DNA from: Octopus bimaculoides
Lineage: Eukaryota
Direction: 5' to 3'
DNA: 63,268 nucleotides
Assembly (NCBI RefSeq): GCF_001194135.2
Contig: NC_068988.1
Location: 52,193,512 to 52,256,779 of the forward strand
Positions 22,701-35,645 of this stretch are shown here, in pieces (the first letter of the stretch is position 1; the number at the start of each line of letters is the position of its first letter). The notes under the pieces were generated by a model. That model was not told where the DNA came from. It was given only the letters and a program-made list of their open reading frames with translations, and made no database searches. The translations under genes were made by a program, and so were the position numbers.

Positions 22701-25700
22701 CAGATTTAAAGAATGAAGAATGTTCTGAAGACAGCAAAACGAAAATGAAATCAAAAACTGGGAGAGGAAAAAGAACGAAAATGGTTAAAAGTTTGATTGA
22801 GAGTGAAATGGAGGCTGATGAAGATTTTGTAGAAAAGAAAAGTTTAAAATCTAACGAAATAACTGTTGAAGAGACTGAGAATATTTCTCTAGAAGTGAAA
22901 GAAGAGAATGTTGGTGACATATCAGTGTTGTCTGAAAATACGGTTGATTCTAGGAAAAGTGGGAGAGGTTTGAGAGGAAAATCTAAGCAAAATAAAGAGA
23001 AAGCACGGGAAGAAATAAGTGACTTTTCAAATACGACTAAAACATATCTGCATGTCGATATTGTGAGTGAAGATTCTAAAGTCACTCGTAAAAGTGGGAG
23101 AGCATTACGGAGTAAATCAGTAAAAGAGGTGAAAGAACCACCTGATGGAAGTGCATTGGAGACGAGCAACAATAATACTCCAAGTAGCAGAGGGAGGAGT
23201 ACTCGAGGTGCAAAGAAAGAAGTTGCTGAAGATAAAGCGCAAAGTAAAAAGGGCGGTAAAGTATCTTCAAAGAAGTCTTTAGATTCAAATAAACAAATTG
23301 AGGAGGAACCTTGCCAGAAGAGTTCCAATGAAGAAACTAAAAGTGTAAATCAGAAAGAAGACATGGAAGTAGATAAAGATGATGACTCAAAAACCAAATC
23401 AAATATTGAGGAAGAAAACACAGAAGAAAAGAAAAATTCTCAAAGTCGGACTCCAAGAAACAAGCGAAAAAAATCTGATGAAGACGTAGATAGTAAAATC
23501 TCTGAAAGGAACTCTAAGAAAAAGAAAATAGCTTCCAATGAAGAAACAGGATCGTCTCAAAATACTCCCTGTTCTTTGAAACAAAAAAGTGTTTCTGCTT
23601 CAAAAGATCATGCTGAGAATTTGAATCTAAGTTCAGATGTGTCAGCTGATACCACCGCACCCTCGAAAACTACTCCAGCAAAGAGAACTCTCTCTAAAAG
23701 ACAGTTAAGTCATTTGCAGGATACAAAAGAGGACGCTTCTGAAATGCAAGAAATGAAGACACCCGCTAAAAGGAGGGAAAATCAAAGAACTGCTAGTCAA
23801 TCAAGTAATGAGGTTTGTGCTGATTTTTGTTTTTATATAATGTATTTGACTATATAAAAGACATATAGGCATGTTAAATGCACCCCAATTTCAGCAGCGC
23901 ATATTTAGGGGGAAAAAGTTTTTAGTGCTTTAAAGTATAAGGGAAGCCCAACTTCACATGTAGGACCCAGAGTGATTGTTTTGAGATTGGTGGTGGGGCA
24001 GGTGTCTTATTTGTCATAAAGTACAGTGCCTTGACTCTTTATCCTTTTTAACACAGGATTCTCTTGAGTTAATGAAGCAGTTTCTTAGTATGCTAAAAGC
24101 CACATTTAAATTTTCTCTCAAATCACATCTTTTGACTGCAAATAGAAGGCGACATTAACGTACACTGTCTGTCACAAAAAGATGGACTGGTCACAACTAA
24201 GACACCTTTGATCATAAGTATCTTGGATCGGGACTCACTTGGGGTTAAACAATAACAACTATTGAGTATCCTGTGTCTATCACTTTTGCAGACCTTCATC
24301 TGATGTAGAAAATTGTGTACCACTTCATTCATCTGTCACATCACTTCTTGTTATATAATACCGAGCTAAGATTACAGACAGCAGTTTAGTTTTCCTTCAT
24401 AGTCCATGACATTCTCATCTTAAACAGTTCAGACATATTTACAGTTCTATCATTGGATAGGAGTCTTTACANNNNNNNNNNNNNNNNNNNNNNNNNNNNN
24501 NNNNNNNNNNNNNNNNNNNNNNNNNNNNNNNNNNNNNNNNNNNNNNNNNNNNNNNNNNNNNNNNNNNNNNNNNNNNNNNNNNNNNNNNNNNNNNNNNNNN
24601 NNNNNNNNNNNNNNNNNNNNNNNNNNNNNNNNNNNNNNNNNNNNNNNNNNNNNNNNNNNNNNNNNNNNNNNNNNNNNNNNNNNNNNNNNNNNNNNNNNNN
24701 NNNNNNNNNNNNNNNNNNNNNNNNNNNNNNNNNNNNATGCACATATACATACACGTCCATGTGTGTGTGTTTTATATATATATCATCATCATCATCGTTT
24801 AACGTCCGCTTTCCATGCTAGCATGGGTTGGACGATTTGACTGAGGACTGGTGAAACCGGATGGCTTCACCAGGCTCCAATCTAATTTGGCAGAGTTTCT
24901 ACAGCTGGATGCCCTTCCTAACGCCAACCACTCAGAGAGTGTAGTGGGTGCTTTTACGTGTCACCCGCACGAAAACGGCCACGCTCAAAATGGTGTCTTT
25001 TATGTGCCATACACAGAAAGATAAATTGATAGATACAATTGAGTGGGCAAACAAAAATATGAGACACTGCCTTGAAGAATTTTTTATCAAATGAATCGAC
25101 CCCAGTGCTTTTTCTTTATTCTGATAAGCCTGGTACTTATTCTATCAGTCTCTTCTTGTCAAGCCACTAAGTTATGGGGATGTAAATAAACCAACAGTAG
25201 TTGTGAAGCAGTAATGAGGGAGAAACAGAGACACAAAGACACACACATACACTTACATATATGTATACAATTGATTTCTGTCTATGAAATCCGCTCACAA
25301 TGCTTTGGTTGGTGTAAGGCTATAGCAGAAGACTCATGCCAAGGTACCACACAGTTGGACTGAACCCAGGACCATTAGTTTTGGAACCAAGTCTCTTACC
25401 ACACCTGCACCTCTCTCTCTCTCTCACCATATGTGTGTATGTATATATATGTATGTATATATGTATGCATATGCATGTATGTATATGTATATACATATCT
25501 ATATGTATAAATATTTGTATGCATGTATATGTGTATATATATATACACATATATACATACGTATATATATATATATGTTTGTATGCCTGTATATGTATGT
25601 GTGTGAGATAATAGTTTCAGTATTAATAGTGAAACTATTAAAGTGAAAGTATCTGACGTTATAATAGAGAGATGTTATTGCTTTGCTTTTGACACATTAT

Positions 25701-28700
25701 AATGAAAAAGTGGAAGGGGCTTGCATTAGGCAAGAAGTCAAAAAAATTTTTGACTCATGACACTACATGGACCCTAAGTAAGGCCTGTGTAAAATTTGAA
25801 TGAAATCGGTTGTGTAGTTCTCGAGTTTTAGGGATTCACACAGAGACAGACAGACAGACACATATTCTCATCTTTATATATACAGACGTTATAAAATATA
25901 AGGGAGAAGGATTGGCAGAATTGGTAGAGTGTCAGGCGCAATCCCTTGTGACATTCAGTTGTGTCACTTTACCTTCTGTGTTTGATGAATCCTGCTGGGA
26001 TACATCAACCCTTTCATACTTCTAGGTTCAATAAATAAGTACCTGTAAAGAACTGGGATTAATATGATTGATCATAACCCTTCCCCACCATTATTCGTGG
26101 GCTTGTGCTTACATCAGATTCACTATTTTCTTTATTTTCAGAGTAGTAACATGGCCACTCCTAAGAATCTCAAGTCCAACCAGTTTATATCTCCCAGGAG
26201 AAACAATGGACAGTTAAAGCCCAATGTCATGTTTACTGGTTTGACAGATGATACGGGTCAAAGGGTAAGTTACTGGGTTTTTTTTTTTTTTTGCCTTCTT
26301 GTATTTTGGTTTTCTTAAAACAGTACAATGTGAGCATTGTACCAGGTTCAAGGTAAGACTCCATTAAACCAAGCTTTTGACATTATTATGCAAATAAATG
26401 CTCCTCAAACTCAAAGGGTTTGTTAAGGGCTAGTGTTTATCTCTGATTTTATGGGGCTAAGCAGATGTGGAATAACTCATCACCTTGATAGGGCACTAGT
26501 TCATTCATTTGTAACATTTCCAAAAGATTTGGCATGAAAATGTAGGCCCTTATATCATCATCATTATCACTTTACATCTGCTTTCCCTACTGGAATGGCT
26601 TGGTTGGTTCAACAAGTTAGAGGACCATAGTTTGCTCCAGTGTCTCGGTTTTGGCTTTGTTTCTATGGCTGGATGCCTTTTCTAACATCAATCACTTTAC
26701 TTACATGTATGTATACACATATGGAGTGGTTAGCATTAGGAAGGGCATTCAGCTGTAGAAACCATGCCAAATAAGACTGAAACTTAGTGCAGCTCTCAGG
26801 CTTACCAGTTCCAATCAATCCATCTAACCCATGCTAGCATGGAAAGCAGATGCTAAATGATGATAATGTGTGTATGTATATAAAGAATTGACAGTATGGC
26901 TATGTGGTTAAGACATTTACTTTGTAACCACGTGGTTTCAAGTTCAGTGCCCACCATGCAGCCTACTATCACACTGGCCAAACCAATGCCTTGTGATTGA
27001 ATTTGGTGAACAGAAACAGTATTAAGCCCATCGTATGGTTTATGTGTGTCGTGAATGTGCAAGAATCTCAACACTTCACTTGCCACCATGTAAGTATAGC
27101 AGTGCTGACATTCCTTGTTCGTATTATGACCAATTGGCCTGCACTTTCAAAGGCCTGTAGGATATAAATCTCTTACTTGACAAACCTGATGAGGGTTGGC
27201 AGCAGCAAGAACATTTGGCCATAAAAAACTGCCTCAAAGTCAATTTCATATCCAAGCCATGCTGAGATGGAAAACAGATGTTAAATGAATAAATGAACAA
27301 TTTATAGTATTTGCTTTTAATTCTCTTTTATATAATATTTGTGTTTGCTTCCATATTTAATTTTTGAAATAAAACATAAACTTGTATTTCTTACTTGATT
27401 CTAGATTAGTAGATTGGTCCTCAAAAAGAAGTCATGTGCACACATACACATGTATATATTACACACACACACACATATTCATGTATATATGTGTGTGTGT
27501 GTGAAGATTGCGTCATCTTCACAGATGATTGCCATCTCCTTATGCTTCTTTATTGTCTCTGGCATTTCTGACTTACCATCCTGTGACCTCTTAGATGACT
27601 ACTGAGTCCCATTGCTGATCTGCATGGTTTGAAGCATAAGTGACTGACAAAGACAAAAGTTGTATATTTGTGTGCACTTCCAACTGGTTAGGTTTGCACA
27701 CGTTACCACACTTCTATTACCATAGGACTTTCAATAGATGAGGTCACCATAAAGGGACATCTGTGTGTCAGTGGATTATAATGATAGACGTTTGTACAAC
27801 ATGAGTAGCAATCTCTGATTCTCCATGATTAGTACTGTTGTCACAGCATCCATCTACAAAAGAGATATTCTAATGTAAAACTTGCAGTTTCACGTGATTA
27901 CTGGACATCTTGCTTTGGCCTGTCTCTAGGTTGTTGTTGTTGGCACTCCGTCGCTTACGACGTTGAGGGTTCCAGTTGATCCGATCAACGGAACAGCCTG
28001 CTCGTGAAATTAACGTGCAAGTGGCTGAGCACTCCACAGACACGTGTACCGTTAACGTAGTTCTTGGGGATAATCAGCGTGACACAGTGTAACAAGGCTG
28101 GTCATTTGAAATACAGGCACAACAGAAACAGGAAGTAAGAGTGAGAGAAAGTTGTGGTGGAAGAGTACTGCCGGAGCCTCGTGGAGCTTTAGGTGTTTTT
28201 GATCAATAAACACTCACAACGCCCGGTCTGGGAATTGAAACCGTGATCCTATGACCGCGAGTCCACTGCCCTAACCACTGGGCCATTGCGCCTCCACAGT
28301 CTCTAGGTACTATATATTTATAGGTACACAACTTAGTGCTGATGTTTTTTCACTTCAATGAAGATCAGTTGATAGATTTCATGTTTGCTATTTTTGTGTA
28401 AATATAATAGTTTTGTTGTTTTGTCAGATTGTTACAGAACTTGGCGGGATTGTTGGGACCAACTTTAATTGCTGTACTCACCTCATCACTGACAAGGTAA
28501 TATTGATTTCTCTTTGGTTTTATTAATAACTTCTTTGTTAGNNNNNNNNNNNNNNNNNNNNNNNNNNNNNNNNNNNNNNNNNNNNNNNNNNNNNNNNNNN
28601 NNNNNNNNNNNNNNNNNNNNNNNNNNNNNNNNNNNNNNNNNNNNNNNNNNNNNNNNNNNNNNNNNNNNNNNNNNNNNNNNNNNNNNNNNNNNNNNNNNNN

Positions 28701-31700
28701 NNNNNNNNNNNNNTATATATATATATATATATATATATTTAAATCACTTTGATCTCTGATGATCATGAGGTGTAATATTGTTAAGTATGGATATCATATG
28801 GAGGACAAGGTTGATTTTAAGCCACCTGAAGAGAAAAGGAACATATCAGATGACAGGAAAGAAAGGCTTGACAAAGTCAACCTCATCCTCCACTAACATT
28901 ACCATGCAGTGAATGCCATTAACTCTTCTATACAATAATTGGTCTACAGTCATCAATGCTATCACCATAAAGGAAGTGTTCAGCAAGGAACACTCAACCT
29001 CAGATACGAGATAAAGCTGCCACCACTAACGGACATCTTACCAAATTGGATTCAATCTGGGAACCTTTGTGTTTTAATGAAGAGTTATATTTTAACCACT
29101 AATCACTGACATTATAACCTTTAATTTAGAAGTAATCCTTTCTGCTAAGGCACAAGGTTTAAAATTTGGTGGGAGAGGGTTGCTTGATTGCATCAAGACA
29201 TTTCTCCACAGTGCCACTCTGTGGGATTGAACCCTAACCATATGACTGCAAAATGAGCTTCTTAACCACAGAGCCATGCATGCATTATGATATTCTCTGT
29301 GAAGTGAGTTTCTAGAAAGTTGAGTTGCATCTGGTATGTTGTGTGTAATTGATGGCTGCCAGTGGAGTTGAACACTAGTCTTCCTTTGGCTGTAAAGAGA
29401 TGACAGATTGCAAAGCATTACTCAATAATACTAGCCTAGGTTCCTTGTTTCAATCTAGTCTTCTAGTCTAGTACTGTGTATGCATTTAGTTATATATACA
29501 AAATGACCAGAAATCAAACTGATAGATGTAGTATTGATATATTTAAGATATTCATCTCTAAAGATGAAGTTAATAATTGGAACAATTATAAACAGTTATA
29601 ATCTAATAGCAATAAACCCATGTTAAACATTTAAGTATTTATTCCTTTACCTGATGTTACCACATAAAAAGCACTGGTGATAGCCAACATAACCTCTAGC
29701 TCAAGAAAAGACACAAAATCTTCAGATCTGTTTACAATACCTTTTCAGGTCCGCCGAACTGTGAAATTCTTGTGTTGCCTGGCACGTGGTATTCCAATCG
29801 TCTCATTATCTTGGTTGACTAAATGCAAATCTGCCAAGACGTTCATTGGTAAGTCCCTGTCAAGAGTTTTTTTTTTTTCTTCCCTGAAGGTCACAGTCTC
29901 TTTCAGTATCACAGACTGAAGATTGTCCAAAGTTAGTGAGGACTGTTGATGGAGTTACAAGAAATATTTTACAGTGCACTAAAAGCACTAGTGCTGGTTC
30001 CACATAAAAAGCACTGGTGATGGTGTCACATATAAAGCACTGGTGATGATGCCACATAAAAATCACTGGTGATGGTGCCACATAAAAAGCACCCAGTATG
30101 CTCTGTAAAGTGGTTGGCATCAGGAAGGGCATCCAGCTGTAGAAACCATGTCAAAACTGACTATGGTACCTGGTGTAACTTTTGGCCTAGCCAGCTCCTG
30201 CCAAACAGTCTAATCCATGTCAGTATAGACAAAGGATGTTAAATGGTGATAATGATGACAACTAATTAAAGTGAGTTTTTTTTTCTATCTCTAATGGATC
30301 CTTGACAAGGATTTCATTCAGATCTTTTACTTCTTTAGTTGGTGCACACTTAAATAATTCTAGTATCAGTGCCACAACAATGCCTTCCTTCAACACTGAT
30401 CAGTTAAACATTCCACCCATGACCATCTCATCTTTTTGTGTTGTATTTATTTAATGTTTCCTTAGTATTTTAAGAAAGGAAAGTGTGATTAGAATTAGAA
30501 GAAAATAATTGTAAAAAATGATCTGTTGGTATGTTCGGTGTATCTGATTGGTGATCTATGATTATAAATAGAGTATTTGATTTGCTGATGATGAACATTT
30601 AAAGTGGTTCTAGGTAGATTCACCTTCTGAACCAGCTGGATATGTGTGAAAGAACCTGGTAGAGTAGTAAATAATGGAGTGATCATATGAACATAACAGA
30701 AGGGTTTCTTTTATTTTGTGTATGTGTGGTCGAGGTTGTATTTTGGTAGCAATGCTGCAACACTTCCGACTGAATCAAAACATTAAGAGTTAGTTCTTGG
30801 CATTGTCCTGGCACATCACCATTTCTGGTGCCAGCTTCATTGGCAGTGATGAAAGTGCTAAGTCTGGGTGTGAGAGTTTAGTGAGTAATAGTAAGATATG
30901 TCTGATGACAGCACCGCCTGGCTGGCATCCGTGCCAGTGGAATGTTAAAAGCACCATCCAAGTGTGATCGTTGCCAGGGCCGCTGACTGGCTCCAATGCC
31001 GGTGGCACATAAAAAACACCATTTGAGCATGATCATTACCAGTGTCACCTCACTGGCACTTGTGCTGGTGGCATGTGAAAAACAACATTCGAGCAAGGTT
31101 GTTGCCTGTGCCGCTGGACTGGCTCCTGTGCAGGTGGCACATAAAATCACCATTTGAGCATAACCATTGCCAGTACCGCCTGACTGGCCTTTGTGCCAGT
31201 GGCATGTAAAAGCACCTACTACACTCTCAGAGTGGTTGGCGTTAGGAAAGGCATCCAGCTGTAGAAACTCTGCCAGATCAGACTGGAGCCTGGTGCAGCC
31301 ATCTGGCTTGCCAGTCCTCAGTCAAACCGTCCAACCCATGCCAGCATGGAAAGCGGACGTTAAATGATGATAATGATGATGATTAAAGGTTCAAGAAAGT
31401 AGGTGTTCAACCAGCATAATTGAGGTGTCATTTTGTTAGACAGTGGAATAAATGTATGATAGAGATATGAAATGAGTATATCTTATTTGGAGTGGGGCGA
31501 GAGTGTTAAAATATTTTCCGCTAACTAAACAGCCTTGCATGTGATATGTAATTTACGAAATTACCACATCTTCCATTGTGTTACTCATGCTGTCAGAACT
31601 TTGTTAAAATTTTCCAATAACATCTTGTTATGTATATACCAGTTATTGTATCTTACTTTGTAAAAATTGTATCACAGATTACACTCCATATATTTTATCG

Positions 31701-34700
31701 GATTCTGATGCTGAGAAACAATACAATTTCTCCTTAAGCCAGTCTCTTGAACTTGCTCGAAGTTCGTCACCACTAAAGGGGTACAAGATACATGTTACCA
31801 AATCTGTTAAACCTAATGCTGAGCAAATGAAAGGTAAATAATTTAACAACTTTATCTATCTGATGCAAGTCAAGTAAATACTGCTAAACATCACATATTT
31901 ATGATTTTTCCAAACTCTGTCTTTTTTTATTCTAACTATATTAGCCCCATCAATTATCCTCATATTCCAGTCTATGAGGAACAACAAAGAAGAACCTTAT
32001 AGACATAGTCACTTCCTTCATAAAAGCATAAAACAATATGTAATTTATAAAATAATATAACAGCCATCTATGCATCTCTATGCGATATATGATTTATAAA
32101 ATAACTTAACTGCCTCTGATAAATAATTTGTTAATATGACAGCTATCCATATATCACTCTATAGTCTAATCTTTTACCAGTTTCATGCATTGGACTGCAG
32201 CCATGCTAGGGCCTTTAAGGATTTAGTCAGTCATATTAACTTCAGTTCTTATTTTGGTCTGGTATTTATTTTATTGAAATCTGTTTGTTGGACTGTTGAG
32301 TTACAAAACAAAAGGACACAGCATGAACAAAAACACCAGATTTTAGACTGTTGTGAACAGACTTTAGCATTAAGAAGGGTATCCAGCAGTAGAAAACATG
32401 CCAAAGCTGACATTAGAGCTCAGCACAACCCTGTGGCTTGCCAGGTTTTTATCAAACCGTCCAACACATGCCAGCATGGAAAATGGATGTTAAATGATGA
32501 TGGTGATGATGATATATATATAGTCATCATCATTTTATTGTCTGTTTTCTTTGCTGGCATAGGTTGGATGGCTTGGCAGTAACTTACTAACCAGAGGCCT
32601 GTATTGGCCTCTTGTATCTGCTTTGGCAAGGTTTCTTAAGCAAGATACCCTTCCTAATGTCAACTGGGTAGTTTTTATATGGCACCAGCATTAGACCCCT
32701 TCGACTGAATTGGAGTAGGGTATTGAGAGAGGTAGTGGGAAGGAAAGAGGGTGGTGGTGAAAATGTGTATAGTTTATGCTAGAACATAATATATCAATGA
32801 ATAATAATGTGTATTGCTATTCACAAAACATTATAAGGTCCATGTAATGACTTAATCATTATCTTATTGTAATATATTATTATAAAGCTTTTTTTCTTTC
32901 TTTTTTTTCATACCAGAAATTATAGAGAGTTGCAAAGCAAAGGTAATTTATAAAATATTTCTATCTAAAATTGAAAGTATATATTTTTATATATGAAAGG
33001 GATTCATATTTTTCTGTGCTTATCATGCCTGTTTTCTATGCTCTTTAGATTAAATCTTAGTCTTCATTCTACTTTATTCTCTAAATTAGCTTTGCAGTTA
33101 TCCCCCCTTCACACAATCTCATTTATGTTGATTTATTTTAATGTGAATATGAAGCCAATCTATTGCACCATTTGGCACATCTTTGGAATTGTATACACAC
33201 GCACAACAAGCTGCCATCTACCAAATTCTTCTCCTAAGTTTTTATTCAGCCAGTGTTATAACACAAGACACTTGTTTAAGATACCAAGCAATAGGATTGA
33301 ACCTGGAACCATTTGGTTGTGAAGCAGACTTCTTAACCAACACAGCCATGTCTGATCATTTTCTTAATAGTTTGCGAATTAGCACTACTTTGAAAAGTAA
33401 CCTTCTGAGTCATTTTATATATCTACTTCCACCAAAGCTTAGGTACCCATAGAAACATTAAATATGCACAGAATCTAACCAACCTCTCTCTCTCATACAG
33501 ACCTTCCCAAACTATTAAAAGTTGAATATGTAACTGAAGGTATAACTAGAACTATAGTGGTGATGATGTGAAATATTTCTGTCATATCTTGCAGTTTTTA
33601 GCAAAACTTCCCACAGAGTTTAAAGAAGAAACCATTGTGATTTCCTGTGAAGATGACAAGTCATCCTGTAAGAAAGCCATCCAAGCTGGCATCCCAATAG
33701 TAGAAGCTGAGTTCCTGTTGACTGGAATACTGCAACAAGATTTATCAATAGACAAATATCCTTTCTTGCAACATTTTATTTTTCTGTATATGTATGTTTT
33801 TTGTTTGTTCAATTTTATGTTGAATTTTTTTGCATTTTGGCTTGGTCAGACAAGACTTGTTGGAACAGATTATCTAAGACCAGATGTTCTTCCTGTCACC
33901 AACCCGTGTCTGTTTCCCAAGTAAATATGTATGGTTGGTGTTAGGAAGGGCATCTAGCTGTAAAAATCTTGCCAAAACAGTCACAGAAGTCTGGTGCAAC
34001 CGTCCCACTCATGCTAGCATAGAAGATAGATGTTAAACGATGATGATGTGTGGGTGTGTGTTAGAATATGCATTAACCCTTTAGTTTTCAGATTTCTGTC
34101 AAATGTAATGCTTATTTATTTACATTCTTTTGAATTAATACGCCAGGCAAAATGCTTAACGGTATTTTGTTTATCTATAAGTTCCAAGTTCAAATTCCGT
34201 TGAAGTCGACTTTGCCTGTCATCCTTTTGGGGTCGATAAATTAAGTACCAGTTGCATACTGGAGTTGATCTCATCGACTGCCCCCCTCCTCCAAAATTTT
34301 GGGCCTTGTGCCTAGAGTAGAAAAGATTCTTTTGAATTAATTCATGCATTATCTTGTAACTTCAAGGTTTCAATGATGTGATTGTTTATTTTTAGAATGG
34401 CATTGTAGGATAAGTGAGAGAGGTCAAATCTGGCCAGTTTGAACCGAATACGGCTAGTTTAAATGCAAAGAGTTTAGTGAGAGTGAGTGTGTGGTGTGTA
34501 AAGTCTTTTTGTCTTTTTTGGCTCACAATTCAGTAGAATTTAGCACATGAAAGAAGAATCTACCTGTAATTAGGACATCAGTTTATTACACGTGAATTAA
34601 ACTGGTGAATTTTGGAAAACAAGTTGGAAAGTCCTGTCCAGAGGGAGAGACAGCCAAAATACCTCACTGTTTTTATTAATGCTCTTAAGAAAGGTATAAA

Positions 34701-35589
34701 TGTCACAATTCTTCCTTTCTCATGCAATATTAAGCCGTTTCAGCATCAGCATCATTGTTATCATCATTCAACATCTGTCTTCCATGCTGGTGTGATTTGG
34801 GTGGTTCAACAGGAGCTAGCAAGCCAGAGGACTGTGTCAAGCTCCGTTGTCTGCTTTGGCATGGTTTCTTCAGCTGGATGTCCTTTCTAATACTGACCAC
34901 CTTGCAGAATACACTGGGTGCTTTTTACGTGGTACCAGCACTGGTAGGTCACTATGTACCTTGCAAGACAAAGACACCCTCAACTGAGAGGAGTAGTGGT
35001 ATTGAGGGTGGTGGCTTTGTGTCAAGTGATGGGGGGTTATTGACAGAAACAGGTTTTTTGCTGTCAAGGAGATACATGATTACCCCAGTTAAAGTTGGTG
35101 GGGAGAGAGAAAGAGAGATGGCAGTCGTGCTAGGGCATATCCTCAAGGTACAAGGAGGTGAATGTAAATGACAAAAGAAACCTTAGTTTTATGTAAGTTA
35201 ATGTTAAGATGCGGATTGATGGTCGAATAGAATGCTTTGAGATATTTGTTGTGGCTTTCTATGCTCCAAGTTCAAGTCCTGTGGGTGTCACTTTTGCTTT
35301 CCATTCCTTCAGGGTTAATAAAAAAAAAAGTATTCATTCAGGGCAATAGATTGGCAGAACTTAGGGGATCATGTGCAGTCATGGCTGTAAAGATACACAC
35401 ATATAAATATAAACATATATATATACTGTATTTTAATGTGTATAAGGAACCCCCTAATTTTGGGGGCTTAAAATTTGGAAAAAAGGTTTTCTAAGAGATT
35501 ATGATACTGTCCATGTATAAGAAACTCCCATATATTTTTAACCTAATTTTTGACAAAAAAGGGTTCATTATACACGTTAAAATATGGTA

Positions 35590-35645
<56 letters not shown>

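Noticed and set aside
22588-23328. 246-aa minus-strand ORF (and other antisense ORFs over the large exons)
   Set aside because: Shadow of the purine-rich MDC1 coding strand; low-complexity S/L/F composition with no domain
30910-31230. CRISPR-like look of regularly spaced palindromic repeats
   Set aside because: The 'spacers' are homologous to each other, the context is a eukaryotic retroelement 3' UTR, and no cas genes are present
33756-33924. In-frame continuation of the BRCT2 ORF to a stop at 33924
   Set aside because: Runs from the U12 donor into T-rich intron and SINE sequence; better explained as intron (a retained-intron isoform at most)
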